From IMG/VR virus record IMGVR_UViG_3300009152_000041, positions 1,901 to 65,900 of that record: a stretch of 64,000 bases of DNA; one strand, given 5' to 3'. Made by a program: the position numbers and the translations under genes. The notes beneath the pieces are model-generated. The model was not told the DNA's origin. It worked only from the letters and a program-made list of their open reading frames with translations, and did no database searches. Each line of letters opens with the position of its first letter. The stretch's first letter is position 1. Below are positions 63,751 to 64,000 of this stretch, piece by piece. The stretch comes from a virus.

Positions 63751-64000
63751 ATTTGATTGCCCCCATTGCTATCTGACGCATGTGCCATAATCTTCTTATG
63801 TTTCCTATTAATGAGATTCTTTGATTTTTTAAATATAAATAAGAAAGATCTTGACCTAAATTTAATTTACCAGATTCAACATCATCTATTGGAGCCAAGG
63901 TTATAGATCTAGTAGCAGCTATGATTTCATCTATATTATAAGAATCTATTTTAGCGCCGTCAAAACCAATGCAGTAGAGATAAAAGATAATCTGCCTATC
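63740..64000 (-). CDS. C-terminal fragment of a CDS running off the right edge
   Basis: Open minus frame ...IGFDGAKIDSYNIDEIIAATRSITLAPIDDVESGKLNLGQDLSYLYLKNQRISLIGNIRRLWHMRQIAMGAIKYDV-stop, overlapping the next ATG. Confidence 0.65.
   Translation of the reverse strand, partial: DRQIIFYLYCIGFDGAKIDSYNIDEIIAATRSITLAPIDDVESGKLNLGQDLSYLYLKNQRISLIGNIRRLWHMRQIAMGAIKYDV

Noticed and set aside
1-64000. tRNA genes, CRISPR arrays, transposons or introns
   Set aside because: Intergenic spaces are tiny and I saw no cloverleaf, repeat-spacer array, transposase or group I/II intron features. A CGG-decoding tRNA, if phage-encoded, must lie outside this window.

Overview
The window is an AT-rich phage late/structural module from a contractile-tailed, myovirus-like phage. 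Essentially everything is coded on the minus strand. Reading from high to low coordinates it contains: a partial CDS, a methyltransferase-like protein, a 2OG-Fe(II) oxygenase, neck proteins, two sheath-like proteins, tube-like paralogs, tail chaperones, two giant tape-measure/internal-type proteins, a 3798-aa hub-like protein, a multi-domain peptidoglycan hydrolase, gpV-like, gp25-like and gpJ-like baseplate proteins, a metallophosphoesterase, giant tail/fibre proteins, an r1t-type holin-like protein, a terminator, and the start of a class II ribonucleotide reductase.

The main observation is a genome-wide recoding pattern. The codon CGG is essentially absent in-frame from about 20,000 codons, although CGG is common out of frame. 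I found it in-frame at exactly ten places. At all ten the 0-frame ends (usually within a few codons), and an open, protein-like reading frame with no plausible start of its own continues in the +1 frame. Reading CGGN (nine CGGA, one CGGT) as a four-base codon, or a +1 slip at CGG, repairs eight genes and two of these need two shifts. It merges split ORFs 315+412 aa, 174+1354 aa, 62+801 aa and 932+1031 aa, restores missing N- or C-termini, and reveals a 123-aa neck-region gene absent from the ORF track. This looks like programmed +1 frameshifting or quadruplet decoding at CGG, used repeatedly in late structural genes. All scanning was done by eye and needs computational confirmation.
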